The notes beneath the pieces were generated by a model. That model saw only the letters and a program-made list of their open reading frames with translations. It was not told the DNA's origin and did no database searches. Shown here piece by piece: positions 19,617-31,278 of a stretch of DNA of 64,000 nucleotides. Position 1 is the first letter of the stretch. The number at the start of each line of letters is the position of its first letter. The stretch is taken from contig CAVXXN010000004.1 of assembly GCA_963765715.1 (NCBI GenBank), positions 342,373 to 406,372 of the forward strand. Reading direction: 5' to 3'. This stretch comes from Terriglobia bacterium (lineage in GTDB: Bacteria; Acidobacteriota; Terriglobia; Terriglobales; Acidobacteriaceae). Position numbers and translations under genes: made by a program.

Positions 19617-21053
19617 CTACTTGGCTTTTTGGGCTTTTGCTTTTTCCCGCTTTTCTTTGGCCCAGCCTTCCTTGTTGATCTGACGGACCCGAGCCAGGGC
19701 CAGTGAATCCGGTGGGACATCTTCAGTGACCGTAGTCGCGGCGGCGATGTATGCGCCTTTTCCGATGCGGATGGGCGCAATCAGAATGCTGTCACTGCCC
19801 ACGAACACGCCATCTTCGATGATGGTCTTGTGTTTGTTGACGCCGTCGTAGTTGCAGGTGATGGTGCCGGCGCCGACATTTACCTTTTCGCCGATTTCGG
19901 AGTCACCCAGGTAAGTGAGATGGTTTGCCTTGGAGCCCTTGCCGAGACGGCTCTTTTTCAACTCCACAAAATTTCCCACGTGAGCGTCTTCGCAGATTTC
20001 GCAACCGGGGCGCAGATGGCTATAGGGTCCCATTGAAGCGCGCGCTCTGACAATCGAATGTTCGAGCACGCAGCCGGTTTGTACCAGCACCTGGTCCCCG
20101 ATTTCGCAATTGATGATCACGCTGTAAGAACCAATGCGGGTGTCGCTGCCGACGCGGGTGTTGCCGCGCAACTGGACGAAAGGCTCGATGGTGGTATCAG
20201 CGCCGACTTCGACGTCGTTATCGATCATGCATGTGCCAGGGAAGAGAATCGTGACCCCCTCAGCCATCAGTTTCTGGCATTTCGCCATGCGCATGTGCTG
20301 ATCGATTTCGGCCAGGTCGGCGCGGGTGTTGCCGCCCAGGACTTCATGAGGATTGTCGGCGACTACAGCGACGACACGTTGTCCTGCCTTCCCTAGAATT
20401 GATGCCAGGTCGGTGAGATAAAACTCGCCGTGATGATTGTTTGTGCTGAGCTGGTCGATGTGATTGAAGAGCGGTTGAGCTTCGAAGGCGTAAAAACCGC
20501 TGTTGATCTCGTGGATCTTCTGCTGGGCCGGAGAAAGATGTTTCTGTTCGACGATGGCCTGGATGTCATCGCTGCCGGCCTTCTTGCGAACAATTCTTCC
20601 ATAGCCGGTGGGATTCTCCACTTCGGCCGTGAGCACAGTCATGGCAGCTTTTTTTGAGACATGAAAATCGCGCAGCTTCCGGATCGTCTGGGCGGTAATG
20701 AGAGGCGCGTCGCCGTAGAGGACGATAATCAGATCGTAGGGCGCGAGAGCCTCGCGGGCGACCATCAGCGCGTGCCCGGTGCCATGCTGTTCTGTCTGGA
20801 GCACGAAATTGATTCCGGAGGCGGCGACGGCGTCCCGGACGCGGTCTGCTTCGTGACCGATGATGGCATACACATCGGCGGCGGGAACGATTTCGGTCGC
20901 GGCCGCGATCACGTGCGCCAGCAACGGCTTGCCCCCGACTTCGTGCAGCACCTTGGGATGCTTGGATTTCAGCCGCGTTCCTTTACCTGCGGCTAGGATC
21001 GCGATGGCTACGCGAACGGAGCTTTTATTTGTTGTGATCGACATTTGATCCAA
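19617..21053 (-). CDS. glmU: bifunctional UDP-N-acetylglucosamine diphosphorylase / glucosamine-1-phosphate N-acetyltransferase
   Basis: AILAAGKGTRLKSKHPKVLHEVGGKPLLAHV at the N-terminus and a left-handed beta-helix hexapeptide-repeat C-terminus. Confidence 0.95.
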   Translation of the reverse strand: MDQMSITTNKSSVRVAIAILAAGKGTRLKSKHPKVLHEVGGKPLLAHVIAAATEIVPAADVYAIIGHEADRVRDAVAASGINFVLQTEQHGTGHALMVAREALAPYDLIIVLYGDAPLITAQTIRKLRDFHVSKKAAMTVLTAEVENPTGYGRIVRKKAGSDDIQAIVEQKHLSPAQQKIHEINSGFYAFEAQPLFNHIDQLSTNNHHGEFYLTDLASILGKAGQRVVAVVADNPHEVLGGNTRADLAEIDQHMRMAKCQKLMAEGVTILFPGTCMIDNDVEVGADTTIEPFVQLRGNTRVGSDTRIGSYSVIINCEIGDQVLVQTGCVLEHSIVRARASMGPYSHLRPGCEICEDAHVGNFVELKKSRLGKGSKANHLTYLGDSEIGEKVNVGAGTITCNYDGVNKHKTIIEDGVFVGSDSILIAPIRIGKGAYIAAATTVTEDVPPDSLALARVRQINKEGWAKEKREKAKAQKAK

Positions 21054-21183
21054 TATACCGCGAGAGGTTCGGGGAGGGCTTGATTACCGTCGTTACTGGT
21101 TGAGTGTTCGGTATAGCAAACCAAGGCATTGCCGAGCCTGCTCGGCTGGGCAGGTGGGACACCTGCCCCTACGCATATTGTCG

Positions 21184-22264
21184 TTACGGGGTGGCGGCGC
21201 GAGTGCCGCCGGGGGCTTGGGCCGCCAGATCGACCAGATCGGCGGCGATTCGATCCGTCGCGTGCCGGGCCACCATGCCAGGCTCCAGATAATCGCCCAT
21301 TACCGGAATCACGCCCAATTCTTCGATCGCATCAAGATCGGTGACGATCTGGTTGGCGCCTTCCAGCGCGTACTTTGCCTTGAGTTCCGGAGGCACGGAC
21401 GCACGATTAATCAAGCGCGAAATCGAAGATGCGTTTAGTTTGAGCATGGCGATTCAAGGCGCGGATATGATCGGAGGCGGTCAGACCGAGGCTCTCGTTG
21501 GCCTGTGTCATAAGATTTCCGACATATACCTTTACTGCAGCGGAGTTAATCAAGGCCTGAGCTATTCCAGGAACCAGCAGGTTGGGAATGAGGCTGGTGA
21601 AAAGGGAACCGGGGCCGATGGTGATCAGGTCAGCGCGGGCCATGGCTTCCAACGTCTGCGGCAACGGTTGAACATTAGGCGGGTCGAGAAAGAGCTGCTT
21701 GATACGTCCGCTGCTGGCGGTGATTTTGGTTTCACCGCGAATCTTCGAGCCATCTTCCATCAGAGCTTCGAGCTCGACGTGCGATGTGGTTGCCGGATAA
21801 ATATGTCCGCGAGTGAGCAGGATCTCGGAAGAGAGGCGGACCGCCTCGCCAAAGTCGCTGGTGATCGAGGTCAAAGCAGCGAGAAACAAGTTGCCGAAAC
21901 TGTGACCTTCAAGGCCACCCTTCACGAAACGGTGCTGGAAGAGACGCGAGAGCAGGGCTTCATCTTCCGAAAGAGCGACGATACAATTTCGGACGTCGCC
22001 CGGCGGGAGCATGCCGAGTTCCTTGCGCAGCCGACCGCTGGAGCCTCCGTCGTCACTGACGGTGACTACCGCGCACAGTTCATTGATTCGGGCGACTCCG
22101 GGTTTTTCCACGGTGCCGGGACGGGCTACATAGCGCTTAAGACCTTTGAGCAGCGTGGAAAGACCTGTACCGCCACCGATGGCGACGACATTAAGGCCAT
22201 GTGACAAGGATGCCTTGCCTCGTGGGTACCGCCGCGAACCCGGTTGGGGATCTACTACCGCCAC
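21184..22264 (-). CDS. yvcK: YvcK-family gluconeogenesis factor (CofD-like), one frame disruption near 21420
   Basis: VVAIGGGTGLSTLLKGLK and VTVSDDGGSSGRLRKELGMLPPGDVRNC. The C-terminal 80 aa continue in ORF 21184-21447. Confidence 0.8.
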
Positions 22265-22266
22265 GG

Positions 22267-22839
22267 CTAGCCGTCGTCCTCAGGACTGGCACTGTCAGCC
22301 AAAAACTCGCCCGCTGGATCGGGATAGAGAAGTTCTGTAAAGCGGGGATCTTCAGCAAGGTTCTGGAAATCAGTATCGTTACGAGCCTGGAAGCGAAGCG
22401 CAGCATTGATCCGAATCGCGGAATCCAAATGGCGCAACGAGTCTTCCAGATGGCCTGTCAGGCAATCGAGAGCAGCCATACCATAGGCGACATAGTCAGC
22501 ACCAGGGACCTGCTTGGAAAGCTTGTCGAGGTGTTCACGGGCAGTGACATAATCGCCGACATTCATCAGCGAGACGGCGTAGTCATAGTGCTCTTCCGGA
22601 CTTTTGAACTGATTGGCGGACCGCTCGAGGTTCTGGTTGCAGGTGTTGAGGTGGACGGAAACGCGATCAGCCAATTCCTTGCTGGAGCCGGTTACCGCCT
22701 TCTGGAGCAGACCTTTGGCTTTCTCAAATTTGCGCTCTTGCATTGCGCGCAACCCGGCCTCGTAGTTTTGCACAGCTTGTGCAAAACGAGGATCCTCGGA
22801 TAGCGGCTTTTTAGCGGTAGTCTTCTGAGCCATCCGCAA
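22267..22839 (-). CDS. tetratricopeptide-repeat protein
   Basis: 190 aa with repeated A..Y..G......A...L..A pattern. Its stop lies 3 nt before the yvcK start. Confidence 0.7.
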   Translation of the reverse strand: MRMAQKTTAKKPLSEDPRFAQAVQNYEAGLRAMQERKFEKAKGLLQKAVTGSSKELADRVSVHLNTCNQNLERSANQFKSPEEHYDYAVSLMNVGDYVTAREHLDKLSKQVPGADYVAYGMAALDCLTGHLEDSLRHLDSAIRINAALRFQARNDTDFQNLAEDPRFTELLYPDPAGEFLADSASPEDDG

Positions 22840-23165
22840 AACCTTCCCTGAACTCTTCGTAAGTTCTCCTTTTTGACGTCCTTACGCGAAGTCTGTCGAA
22901 ACTAAAAACGCCAGCTTCACTTCGTCGGGCCGTCATTCGTATGACTGCTGGTCAAGGAGCCGAGAAATTCATCTGTGGAAATTGCTCTAAACATCCCGAA
23001 TCAGCAGGTTATACGCGGATTCGCGAATTCGTCAACCCGGGCCCGGCGCGTCAAACCCGTGAAACCTGGCCCTTGTTACGTCATCAAGTGACTCACGGCG
23101 CGCTGCGCGATGCGAAGATCGCTTTTCCGCATGACCTTTGATGCGAAGCACGTGATCGGGTCTAA

Positions 23166-23654
23166 TTAATTGATGGAGGCTGCCGTATGCAGATCGACCT
23201 GCTTCCATTCGCCCTTCATAATCCCCTGACGGATCTGGGCGGGGGTCTTTTTCTGCTGGTGCATGGAATAGGTGTAGTAGAGCTCTTTCAGGCACACGGA
23301 GCACTGGGCGCCATGGGTGCCCTCGAAGCAACTATGCAGGCTGTTATGTCCCATGCCGCGATCGCAGTAGCAATAGCACGGCTGCTGGTGCAGTACGGCG
23401 GGAATCTTCGCCGCCAATTCGTACGCGTGAGTCTGAAAAGGATATTGGGCGTTGTCACCCCAGAGTTGCTCTTTGCCAAGAATGGGGGGCAAAACCGTCC
23501 CTTTGGCCGGAGGGCCGGAGTTGAACGCCGGCGTCTCGCCTTCCTGCTGTGACACTGCCCAAGGGGCGGACACGGCGACGACTACCAGGGCCAAAACCGC
23601 CACAGTGAATCCGCGCTTGATGACCTTCAGATTCAACGGATACAGATTAGACAT
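23166..23654 (-). CDS. PCYCGC-motif-like secreted protein
   Basis: Signal or TM segment GFTVAVLALVVVAVSAPWA, then QQPCYCYCDRGMGHNSLHSCFEGTHGAQCSVC. ATG chosen at 23654. Confidence 0.6.
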   Translation of the reverse strand: MSNLYPLNLKVIKRGFTVAVLALVVVAVSAPWAVSQQEGETPAFNSGPPAKGTVLPPILGKEQLWGDNAQYPFQTHAYELAAKIPAVLHQQPCYCYCDRGMGHNSLHSCFEGTHGAQCSVCLKELYYTYSMHQQKKTPAQIRQGIMKGEWKQVDLHTAASIN

Positions 23655-23785
23655 GTCCAGATTCCTTCGTTGGACAATTGTAACCTGAATCATGGAGCCG
23701 CGACAGTAGCCCTTGGGTAACCACAGAACGCTTGGGGAGCGTGGGACGACAACCGTCGGAAGTGCGGATTCACCGTATAATTGAG

Positions 23786-24373
23786 ATGAGTATGCCGGAA
23801 CAATCAAGCACAGCGGAACCGCGTCCGCGGAAGAAGGAAATTCCGGTTCCGCCACCGCGCACGCTGCCCATGCTTTCGGTGTGGCTGCGCGACCTGATGA
23901 TTTCACTGGCAATCTCTGCATTCATCATCATTTTTCTTTACCAACCGGTGAAAGTGGAAGGCACCAGCATGATGCCTTCGCTGGACGATCAGGAACGGAT
24001 CTTCGTCAACAAGTACGTGTACCGGTTGGAACCCATCCAGCGCGGTGACATTATTGTGTTCCGGTATCCTCGGGATCCTTCCAAGAGTTTTATTAAAAGA
24101 GTGATCGGGTTGGCCGGAGACAGCATTCGCATCGAAGGTGGCGAAGTATTCGTGAACGGCGTGGCACTCGAAGAAGACTACGTTCCACCCGCTTACTCGG
24201 ACCAGAGATCGTATGCCGAGATCATCGTCCCTCCGCACAGTTACTTCGTTCTGGGCGATCATCGGACCATGTCGAATGACAGCCGGGATTTCGGGCCGGT
24301 GGACGTCGGCTTTATCTACGGCAAAGCCGTGTTCGGGTACTGGCCGATGGATAAAATGGGGCGAGTGCGGTGA
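23786..24373 (+). CDS. lepB: signal peptidase I
   Basis: VEGTSMMPSL, KRVIGLAGD and VLGDHRTMSNDSRDFG boxes. Confidence 0.92.
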   Translation: MSMPEQSSTAEPRPRKKEIPVPPPRTLPMLSVWLRDLMISLAISAFIIIFLYQPVKVEGTSMMPSLDDQERIFVNKYVYRLEPIQRGDIIVFRYPRDPSKSFIKRVIGLAGDSIRIEGGEVFVNGVALEEDYVPPAYSDQRSYAEIIVPPHSYFVLGDHRTMSNDSRDFGPVDVGFIYGKAVFGYWPMDKMGRVR

Positions 24374-24558
24374 TTTGCTCAGCGTGCTTTGTTCTTTGCT
24401 AGCTTTCTTTGCTAGCTTTGCGATAAAAGCTTTTTAACCGCTGAGGACGCCAAGAAAAACCGCAAAGTACACAAAGAAAATCATTCACATCGAAATCATT
24501 TGTTTCGTGATTTAGACATCCCTGCTAAAATCTCTAAAATCCACTCCCTGGAGCAGGA

Positions 24559-25689
24559 ATGCAAGCTACGCTTGCGCTCGAAGACGGACGAGTCTTCCGA
24601 GGCAAAGGTTACGGCGCCAAAGGCGAATGTTACGGCGAAGTCGTTTTTAATACTTCCATCACTGGCTATCAGGAAATCTTTACCGATCCTTCCTACTGCG
24701 GCCAGATTGTAGTTCTCACCAATCCTCAAATCGGTAACTACGGGACCAACGCGGAAGACAACGAAGCTACGCGTCCGTATATCGAGGGATTGATCGTGCG
24801 CGAGTTTTCCCGAGTCAGTTCGAACTGGCGCTCGCAGCAGGTGGCCGAGGAATATCTCGAACAATTCAAAATTCCGGTGCTGGCGGAGATCGATTCGCGC
24901 GCCCTGGTGCGGCATTTGCGCGACCACGGGGTTATGCGCGGCGTGGTGTCCACGCTGGAAGATGATGCCGAGAAGCTGGTGGCGAAGGCGCGGGCGCTTC
25001 CAAAGATGGACGGCACCGACCTGGCGAAAGTGGTCAGCACCAAGAGCACGTACGTCTGGGAGACCGGAGAGCGCTCGCATTTGCCCGACGAGGTTGTAGG
25101 TTTCAAGGACGAGCCGGCGCGCTTTCATGTTGTCGCGTACGACTACGGAATCAAGCAGAACATTTTGCGCAAGCTGCGAGGCGAAGGGTGCAAGGTGACA
25201 GTGGTTCCGGCGCAGACACTGGCGGAAGATGTGCTCGCGCTGAAACCGGATGGAGTGTTTTTGTCGAACGGCCCAGGAGATCCTGAGCCGTGCAACTACG
25301 CTGTGGATAACATTCGCCGGCTAATGGGGCGGCAGCCGATCTTCGGAATTTGCCTGGGGCACCAACTGACCGGAATTGCGCTCGGTGGAAAAACTTTCAA
25401 GCTGAAGTTTGGACACCACGGCGGAAATCATCCGGTGAAGCAGTTGCATTCGGGGAAGATCGAGATCACGGCCCACAATCATAACTTCGCCGTCGATCCG
25501 GATTCGCTGCCGCAGAGTGAAGTCGAACTCACGCACATCGATTTGAACGACAACACGCTCGAAGGCATGCGGCACCGCAACCTGCCGCTGTTCACCGTGC
25601 AATATCATCCCGAAGCGTCGCCGGGCCCGCATGATTCGCATTATCTGTTCAAGGATTTTGTGAAGATGATGGAGGAGTGGAAAGGGTAG
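24559..25689 (+). CDS. carA: carbamoyl-phosphate synthase small subunit
   Basis: LALEDGRVFRGKGYGA, NGPGDP, and GICLGHQL (the glutaminase Cys). Confidence 0.97.
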   Translation: MQATLALEDGRVFRGKGYGAKGECYGEVVFNTSITGYQEIFTDPSYCGQIVVLTNPQIGNYGTNAEDNEATRPYIEGLIVREFSRVSSNWRSQQVAEEYLEQFKIPVLAEIDSRALVRHLRDHGVMRGVVSTLEDDAEKLVAKARALPKMDGTDLAKVVSTKSTYVWETGERSHLPDEVVGFKDEPARFHVVAYDYGIKQNILRKLRGEGCKVTVVPAQTLAEDVLALKPDGVFLSNGPGDPEPCNYAVDNIRRLMGRQPIFGICLGHQLTGIALGGKTFKLKFGHHGGNHPVKQLHSGKIEITAHNHNFAVDPDSLPQSEVELTHIDLNDNTLEGMRHRNLPLFTVQYHPEASPGPHDSHYLFKDFVKMMEEWKG

Positions 25690-26306
25690 TGGTGACGACG
25701 CGAAGGAGGTCCCTCGCGCGCTAATTCGGTGTGGTATCGAGATTGCGGATGATGAGCTATGCGGGGTAGGGACTTGGCTCGTGAAAGATGTGATCCGAGT
25801 GGAGCATGTTCGCTTGCGAATCGCGCTGGGCGCAGTCAGCAGAGACGCTCTCTCTGGAGCATCCGGTGATAGATCGTCTATTGCGGTATGGTTGGCAACA
25901 GTTGCACGCCCATGTACACCGGGATGACGAAAATATCTCGAAGCGCAGGATTTTAGAGGCGTCAGATGATCGAAGTTGATCAGACGTCGGAAGCAATACA
26001 AGTGCCTCGGTTGTTTACTACGAATCGTTTGATGCATGTGACAAAGGTCGAACCGATCGGGAGAAGCAGCTGAAGCGATCGGAATTTGGCATCGAGAGAA
26101 TACTGGATTCCTGATCGAGCTGAGAAAATCCAGACTTGCGGAACTCGATAACTTGGCTGGCGGAGTGGTTTGGCGGTCATCGGTGCGCTTGACAGGCATG
26201 GTCCATTGACTCGCAAGTTGATTCGGGAACGTTTCAACTGGGTCTGTCGGGATGACAAAGTTTGTGAATACCAATAGCTTCAGATTACGAAGTTACAAGT
26301 AAACAA

Positions 26307-29300
26307 ATGCCGAAACGCACTGACATCTCGAAAATCCTGATCATCGGCTCTGGCCCCATCATCATTGGCCAGTCGGCGGAGTTTGACTACTCCGGGACGC
26401 AGGCTTGCAAGGCGCTGAAGGCCGAGGGGTTTGAGGTGGTGCTGGCGAATTCCAATCCGGCGACCATCATGACCGATCCGGAGATCGCCGACCGCACTTA
26501 CATCGAGCCGCTGACGCGCGAGTACCTGGAAGAAATCATTCGTGTCGAACGCGAGATGTCGCCGGGCGCGGGCTTCGCGATCCTGCCTACCGTCGGTGGC
26601 CAGACGGCGCTCAATCTCGCAATTGAACTTTCTGACGGCGGCGTGCTCGAAAAATACAACGTACCTCTTATCGGCGCCAATGTGGCGGCGATCAAGAAGG
26701 CGGAAGACCGTCTTTTCTTCAAAGACGCGATGCAGAAGATTGGGCTCGATGTTCCAAAGTCAGCCCTGGTCAACAATCTGAAAGATGGCCTCGAGTTCGC
26801 CGGGAAAATCGGCTTTCCGGTGATCGTGCGTCCGTCGTTCACGCTGGGCGGAAGCGGCGGAGGCATTGCCTACAACCGCGAAGAGCTGCTGGAAGTCCTG
26901 GCCCGCGGGCTTGATTTCTCTCCGGTTCACGAGGCGTTGATCGAAGAATCGGTGCTCGGGTGGAAAGAATATGAGCTCGAAGTGATGCGCGATATGCGCG
27001 ACAACGTCATCATCATCTGCTCGATTGAAAATTTCGATCCGATGGGCGTTCATACCGGGGATTCCATCACCGTGGCGCCGGCGCAAACTTTAAGCGATCG
27101 TGAATATCAGGCCATGCGTGACGCGGCGATTGCCGTGATCCGGGAGATTGGAGTGGAGACCGGCGGATCGAATATCCAGTTTGGCATCCATCCCACCACC
27201 GGGCGCATGGTGATTATTGAGATGAATCCGCGAGTTTCGCGCTCGTCGGCGCTGGCGTCGAAGGCGACAGGTTTTCCCATTGCAAAGATTGCCGCCAAGC
27301 TTGCGGTGGGTTATACGCTGGACGAAATTCCCAACGACATTACGCGCAAGACTCCAGCCTGTTTCGAGCCTACGCTGGATTACGTGGTCGTGAAAATTCC
27401 CAAGTGGCAATTCGAGAAGTTTCCCGGCGCGGACGAGAATCTTGGGCCGCAGATGAAGTCGGTGGGCGAAGTGATGGCCATCGGGCGCACCTTCAAGGAG
27501 GCGCTGCTCAAAGGAGTGAGGGCTCTTGATACCGGGAAGAGAGTCGGGTCGGAAAAGATTGAGCCGAAGATTCTTACTCAGCGCCTGGTGACGCCGCATC
27601 CGGAGCGGCTGTCTTACGTTCGCTACGCGTTGCGGCAGGGGCATACCGTCAAGCAACTGGCGAAGATGACTTCCATCGATCCTTGGTTTCTGTACCAGCT
27701 GAAAGAAATTAACGACATGCAGCTGGAACTGGAAAAACATCCGATGGAGTCAATTCCCACCGAAGTGTTGCGGTCGGCGAAGCGCATGGGATTCTCGGAT
27801 GGCCGCCTGGCCGGGGTTTGGCGGCTGGATGGCAAGGGGTCGCAGGAAAAAGTTCGTCATTTGCGGAAGAAACATGGAATCTCGCCGGTTTACAAGCGGG
27901 TGGATACCTGCGCGGCGGAATTTGAGAGTTTCACGCCGTACCTTTATTCGACTTACGAAGAAGAAGACGAAGCGACTCCGACCGACAAGAAGAAAGATCA
28001 TCATCCTGGGAAGCGGGCCGAACCGGATTGGGCAGGGAATCGAGTTTGATTACTGCTGCTGCCATGCGGCGTTTGCGCTGCGCGATGATGGCTACGAGAC
28101 TGTGATGATCAATTGCAATCCGGAGACGGTCTCGACTGATTACGACACCAGCGATCGCCTGTATTTCGAACCGTTGACGCTGGAGGATGTTTTCGCCATC
28201 TGCGAGCACGAGGCTTCTTCGGGCGCTCCGGTGGGCGTGATTGTGCAGTTCGGTGGGCAGACGCCTTTGAATCTCGCGCTGCCGTTGAAGGCTGCGGGCG
28301 TGAATATCATCGGGACAACGCCGGAATCAATCGACCTGGCCGAAGACCGCAAACGATTCGGCAAATTGCTGGACGAACTCGGTATTCCGCAAGCCCCGGG
28401 GGCGATGGCCGCTTCGGTGGAAGAGGCCGTCGAAGGAGCAAAGAGGGTTGGGTTTCCGGTGCTGGTGCGGCCGTCGTACGTGCTGGGTGGACGGGCGATG
28501 GTGATCGCGTACGACGAAGAGATGGTCGTCCGCTATATGAAGGAAGCGGTGGAGTATTCGCAGGACCGTCCGGTGCTGATCGATCACTTTTTGGAAGACG
28601 CGATTGAAGTGGACGTGGACGCGCTTTCGGATGGCGAGGATGTCGTCATCGGCGGGATCATGCAGCACATTGAGGAGGCCGGAATTCACTCCGGTGATTC
28701 TTCCTGCGTGCTGCCGGCGGTGGATATTCCAGAGGCATTGCTGGAGCGGATGCGGGATTACACCTTCCGACTGGCACGTGCCCTGAAGGTTGTGGGGCTG
28801 ATGAATATTCAGTTCGCGATTCCGAGGATGGCGGGTGAGGCTTCAGACGAATTTTCAAGCCGTCCGCACACCGAGCGGGACACAATTTATGTTCTGGAAG
28901 TGAATCCACGGGCTTCGCGAACGGTGCCGTTCGTTTCAAAAGCGACGGGGATACCGATGGCGAAGATCGCGGCGCGACTGATGACTGGACGCAAGCTGCG
29001 GGAATTTCTGCCGGAGTTCATTGAGCGGCGTGCGGACCTCGATACGGGGCGGAGCTATCACGTAAAGTCTCCGGTGTTTCCGTGGAACAAGTTTCCCGGG
29101 GTCGACACCGTCTTGGGTCCGGAGATGAAGTCAACTGGCGAGGTGATGGGCGTCGCTGACACCTTCGGAGAGGCATTCGCCAAAGCCCAGACAGCGGCGG
29201 GGCAAAAGCTGCCGACGCAGGGAACGGTTTTTATCAGCGTTACAGATCACGACAAGCCCAACGTCACAGAGGTGGCCCGCAAATTTGTGGATATGGGTTT

Positions 29301-29640
29301 CAAGCTGGTGGCGACGGCGGGTACCGCCGACGTGCTGGAATCCGCGGGCATGACCGTGGAGCGCGTCTACAAAGTGAAAGAGGGAAGGCCTAACACGGTC
29401 GATTTGATCAAGGGTGAGCGCATCCATTTGATCGTTAACACGCCACACGGGGCGGATCCCTGGTTTGATGAGCAGTCGATCCGGCGAGCGGCGGTGATGG
29501 CGCGAATTCCCACCATCACGACCTTGTCGGCGGCCCGGGCAGCCGCGGAAGGGATCGCGTTTTTGCAGCGCGGCGAGGTTCACGTGCAGGCATTGCAGCA
29601 CTTGCATGCGGAGCGTACAGTGAGAGGCCAAAGCGGGTAG
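26307..29640 (+). CDS. carB: carbamoyl-phosphate synthase large subunit, one +1 frame disruption near 27988
   Basis: [33 protein letters not shown]. The second half continues in the +1 frame as [21 protein letters not shown]. The junction reads gacaagaagaaaGatcatcatc. Confidence 0.95.
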
Positions 29641-29660
29641 CTTGTCCGCGGAGGTGGTTT

Positions 29661-30116
29661 ATGGCGCAAGAAAACAGCAGTTTGATCCGGCGCTGGTTTG
29701 ACGAAGTATGGAACAAGGGACGCATGGAAGCGATCGATGAGATGGCTTCTCCGGACATTATCGGCCACGGTCAGGCACAGCATGACACCGATATCGGACT
29801 AAAGGAATTCAAGCCCTTCGTAGTAGCCCTTCGTAGCGCATTCCCCGACATGACAGTTGTGATCGATCACACGATCGAGCAAGGCGACAAAGTTGTCGCT
29901 CGCTGGACGTCGACGATGACCCACCAAGGGGAATTCCTTGGGTTTGCCCCGACTGGGAAGAAGGTAAAGATCACCGGGACCAGCATTCAACGAATATCCA
30001 ACGGCAAGATCGTAGAGGGTTGGGACAACTGGGATCAGCTAGGTTTGCTGGTGCAGATTGGGGCTGTTCCTGCGGCGCGGTTCGTGGCCCAGGAGCAGGA
30101 ACGGCGCACGGCATAA
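29661..30116 (+). CDS. ester cyclase (SnoaL-like)
   Basis: LIRRWFDEVWNKG......E...PD...HG and ....H.GEF.G..PTGK.V......I.R...GKIVE.W. Confidence 0.8.
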   Translation: MAQENSSLIRRWFDEVWNKGRMEAIDEMASPDIIGHGQAQHDTDIGLKEFKPFVVALRSAFPDMTVVIDHTIEQGDKVVARWTSTMTHQGEFLGFAPTGKKVKITGTSIQRISNGKIVEGWDNWDQLGLLVQIGAVPAARFVAQEQERRTA

Positions 30117-30213
30117 TCGTTCAGGCCTGCGCTTCCTGGGACGCAAGCAAAGAGGCGCAACGTCGATTTGATAAGCTTTAGTGTCTTTTGTTTAAGGCAC
30201 GAGGCTGAATTTC

Positions 30214-31278
30214 ATGTTACTGCAAGGTATTTTCCCTCCGATTACTACGCCGTTTTATCCCGACGGCAACATTTACTTCAAAAAGCTGGAGCACAATGTC
30301 GACCGCTATTCCAAAACGCCTGTCGCAGGTCTCACGGTGTTGGGGTCGACTGGCGAAGCGATCATGCTCTCGGATGACGAGCGTCGCAGCGTGCTTAAGG
30401 CAGCGCGAGAGGCTGCTGCGCCGAACAAGGTGCTGATTGCAGGAACTGGAATTGAGTCGGCTATTGAGACGCTGCGGCTCACAGAATATGCGGCCGAACT
30501 TGGTTACGACGCGGCGCTGATCCGCACTCCGCACTTCTACAAACGAGTGATGCATCCCGCAAACATGCTGGCGTTTTATCGCACGGTTGCGGACAGTTCG
30601 TCCCTGCCGGTGATGCTCTATAACGTCCCAGGTTTTACGGGGTATGACATTCCCGCTGAAGTCGCGATAGAACTGGCAGAACATCGCAACATCATCGGAA
30701 TGAAGGAATCGGGCGGCGACGTGGAGAAAATTTGCAAGATGGTGGAGGGTACGCGGCATGTGAAGCGCACTGCCACCGTGACCGAAACTTTCGATGCGGT
30801 GACGCCGCGCATGCTCAAGGCTTCGAGCGGCAGTAATGGGCAGGGCGGGGAGCTGGTGCAAGTCGGAGGATTGGGCGGGACGAAACCGTCGTCCGCGGCA
30901 GTGAGCGTAGTCAGTGGACTGAAGACACGACAAAAAGAAGTGGGTTTCCAGGTGTTGGTCGGTTTGGCGCAGAAGCTGGAGCCATCTCTGCAAGCTGGCG
31001 CGGTGGGTGGAATTCTGGCGTTCGCCGACGCGGCTCCCACTGCCTGTTACGAGATTTATGCTGCCTGGAAAGAAGGCGATGCGGAACTGGCTCGCCTGAA
31101 GCAGGACCGCATTACGAACGCCACGCAACGCGTCTCGGGCGAACTCGGCATTCCGGGATTGAAATATGGAATGGACCTGAACGGTTATTTTGGCGGCCCG
31201 TCCCGCTTGCCGCTGTTGCCGCTTACGGCGGCGTTAAAGGCTGAAGTGGAGCAGTTGCTGGCGGATGTTCGGAATTAG
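30214..31278 (+). CDS. dihydrodipicolinate synthase family protein with an internal insertion of about 60 aa
   Basis: ITTPF, GLTVLGSTGE, YNVPGFTG and IIGMKES (Schiff-base Lys). Extra segment at aa 183-242 (about nt 30760-30940), judged against E. coli DapA from memory. Confidence 0.8.
   Translation: MLLQGIFPPITTPFYPDGNIYFKKLEHNVDRYSKTPVAGLTVLGSTGEAIMLSDDERRSVLKAAREAAAPNKVLIAGTGIESAIETLRLTEYAAELGYDAALIRTPHFYKRVMHPANMLAFYRTVADSSSLPVMLYNVPGFTGYDIPAEVAIELAEHRNIIGMKESGGDVEKICKMVEGTRHVKRTATVTETFDAVTPRMLKASSGSNGQGGELVQVGGLGGTKPSSAAVSVVSGLKTRQKEVGFQVLVGLAQKLEPSLQAGAVGGILAFADAAPTACYEIYAAWKEGDAELARLKQDRITNATQRVSGELGIPGLKYGMDLNGYFGGPSRLPLLPLTAALKAEVEQLLADVRN

Noticed and set aside
25321-26274. 317-aa minus-strand ORF spanning the carA 3-prime end and the carA-carB spacer.
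   Set aside because: It overlaps carA in antisense. It has no motifs and an S/R/P-rich composition typical of spurious frames.
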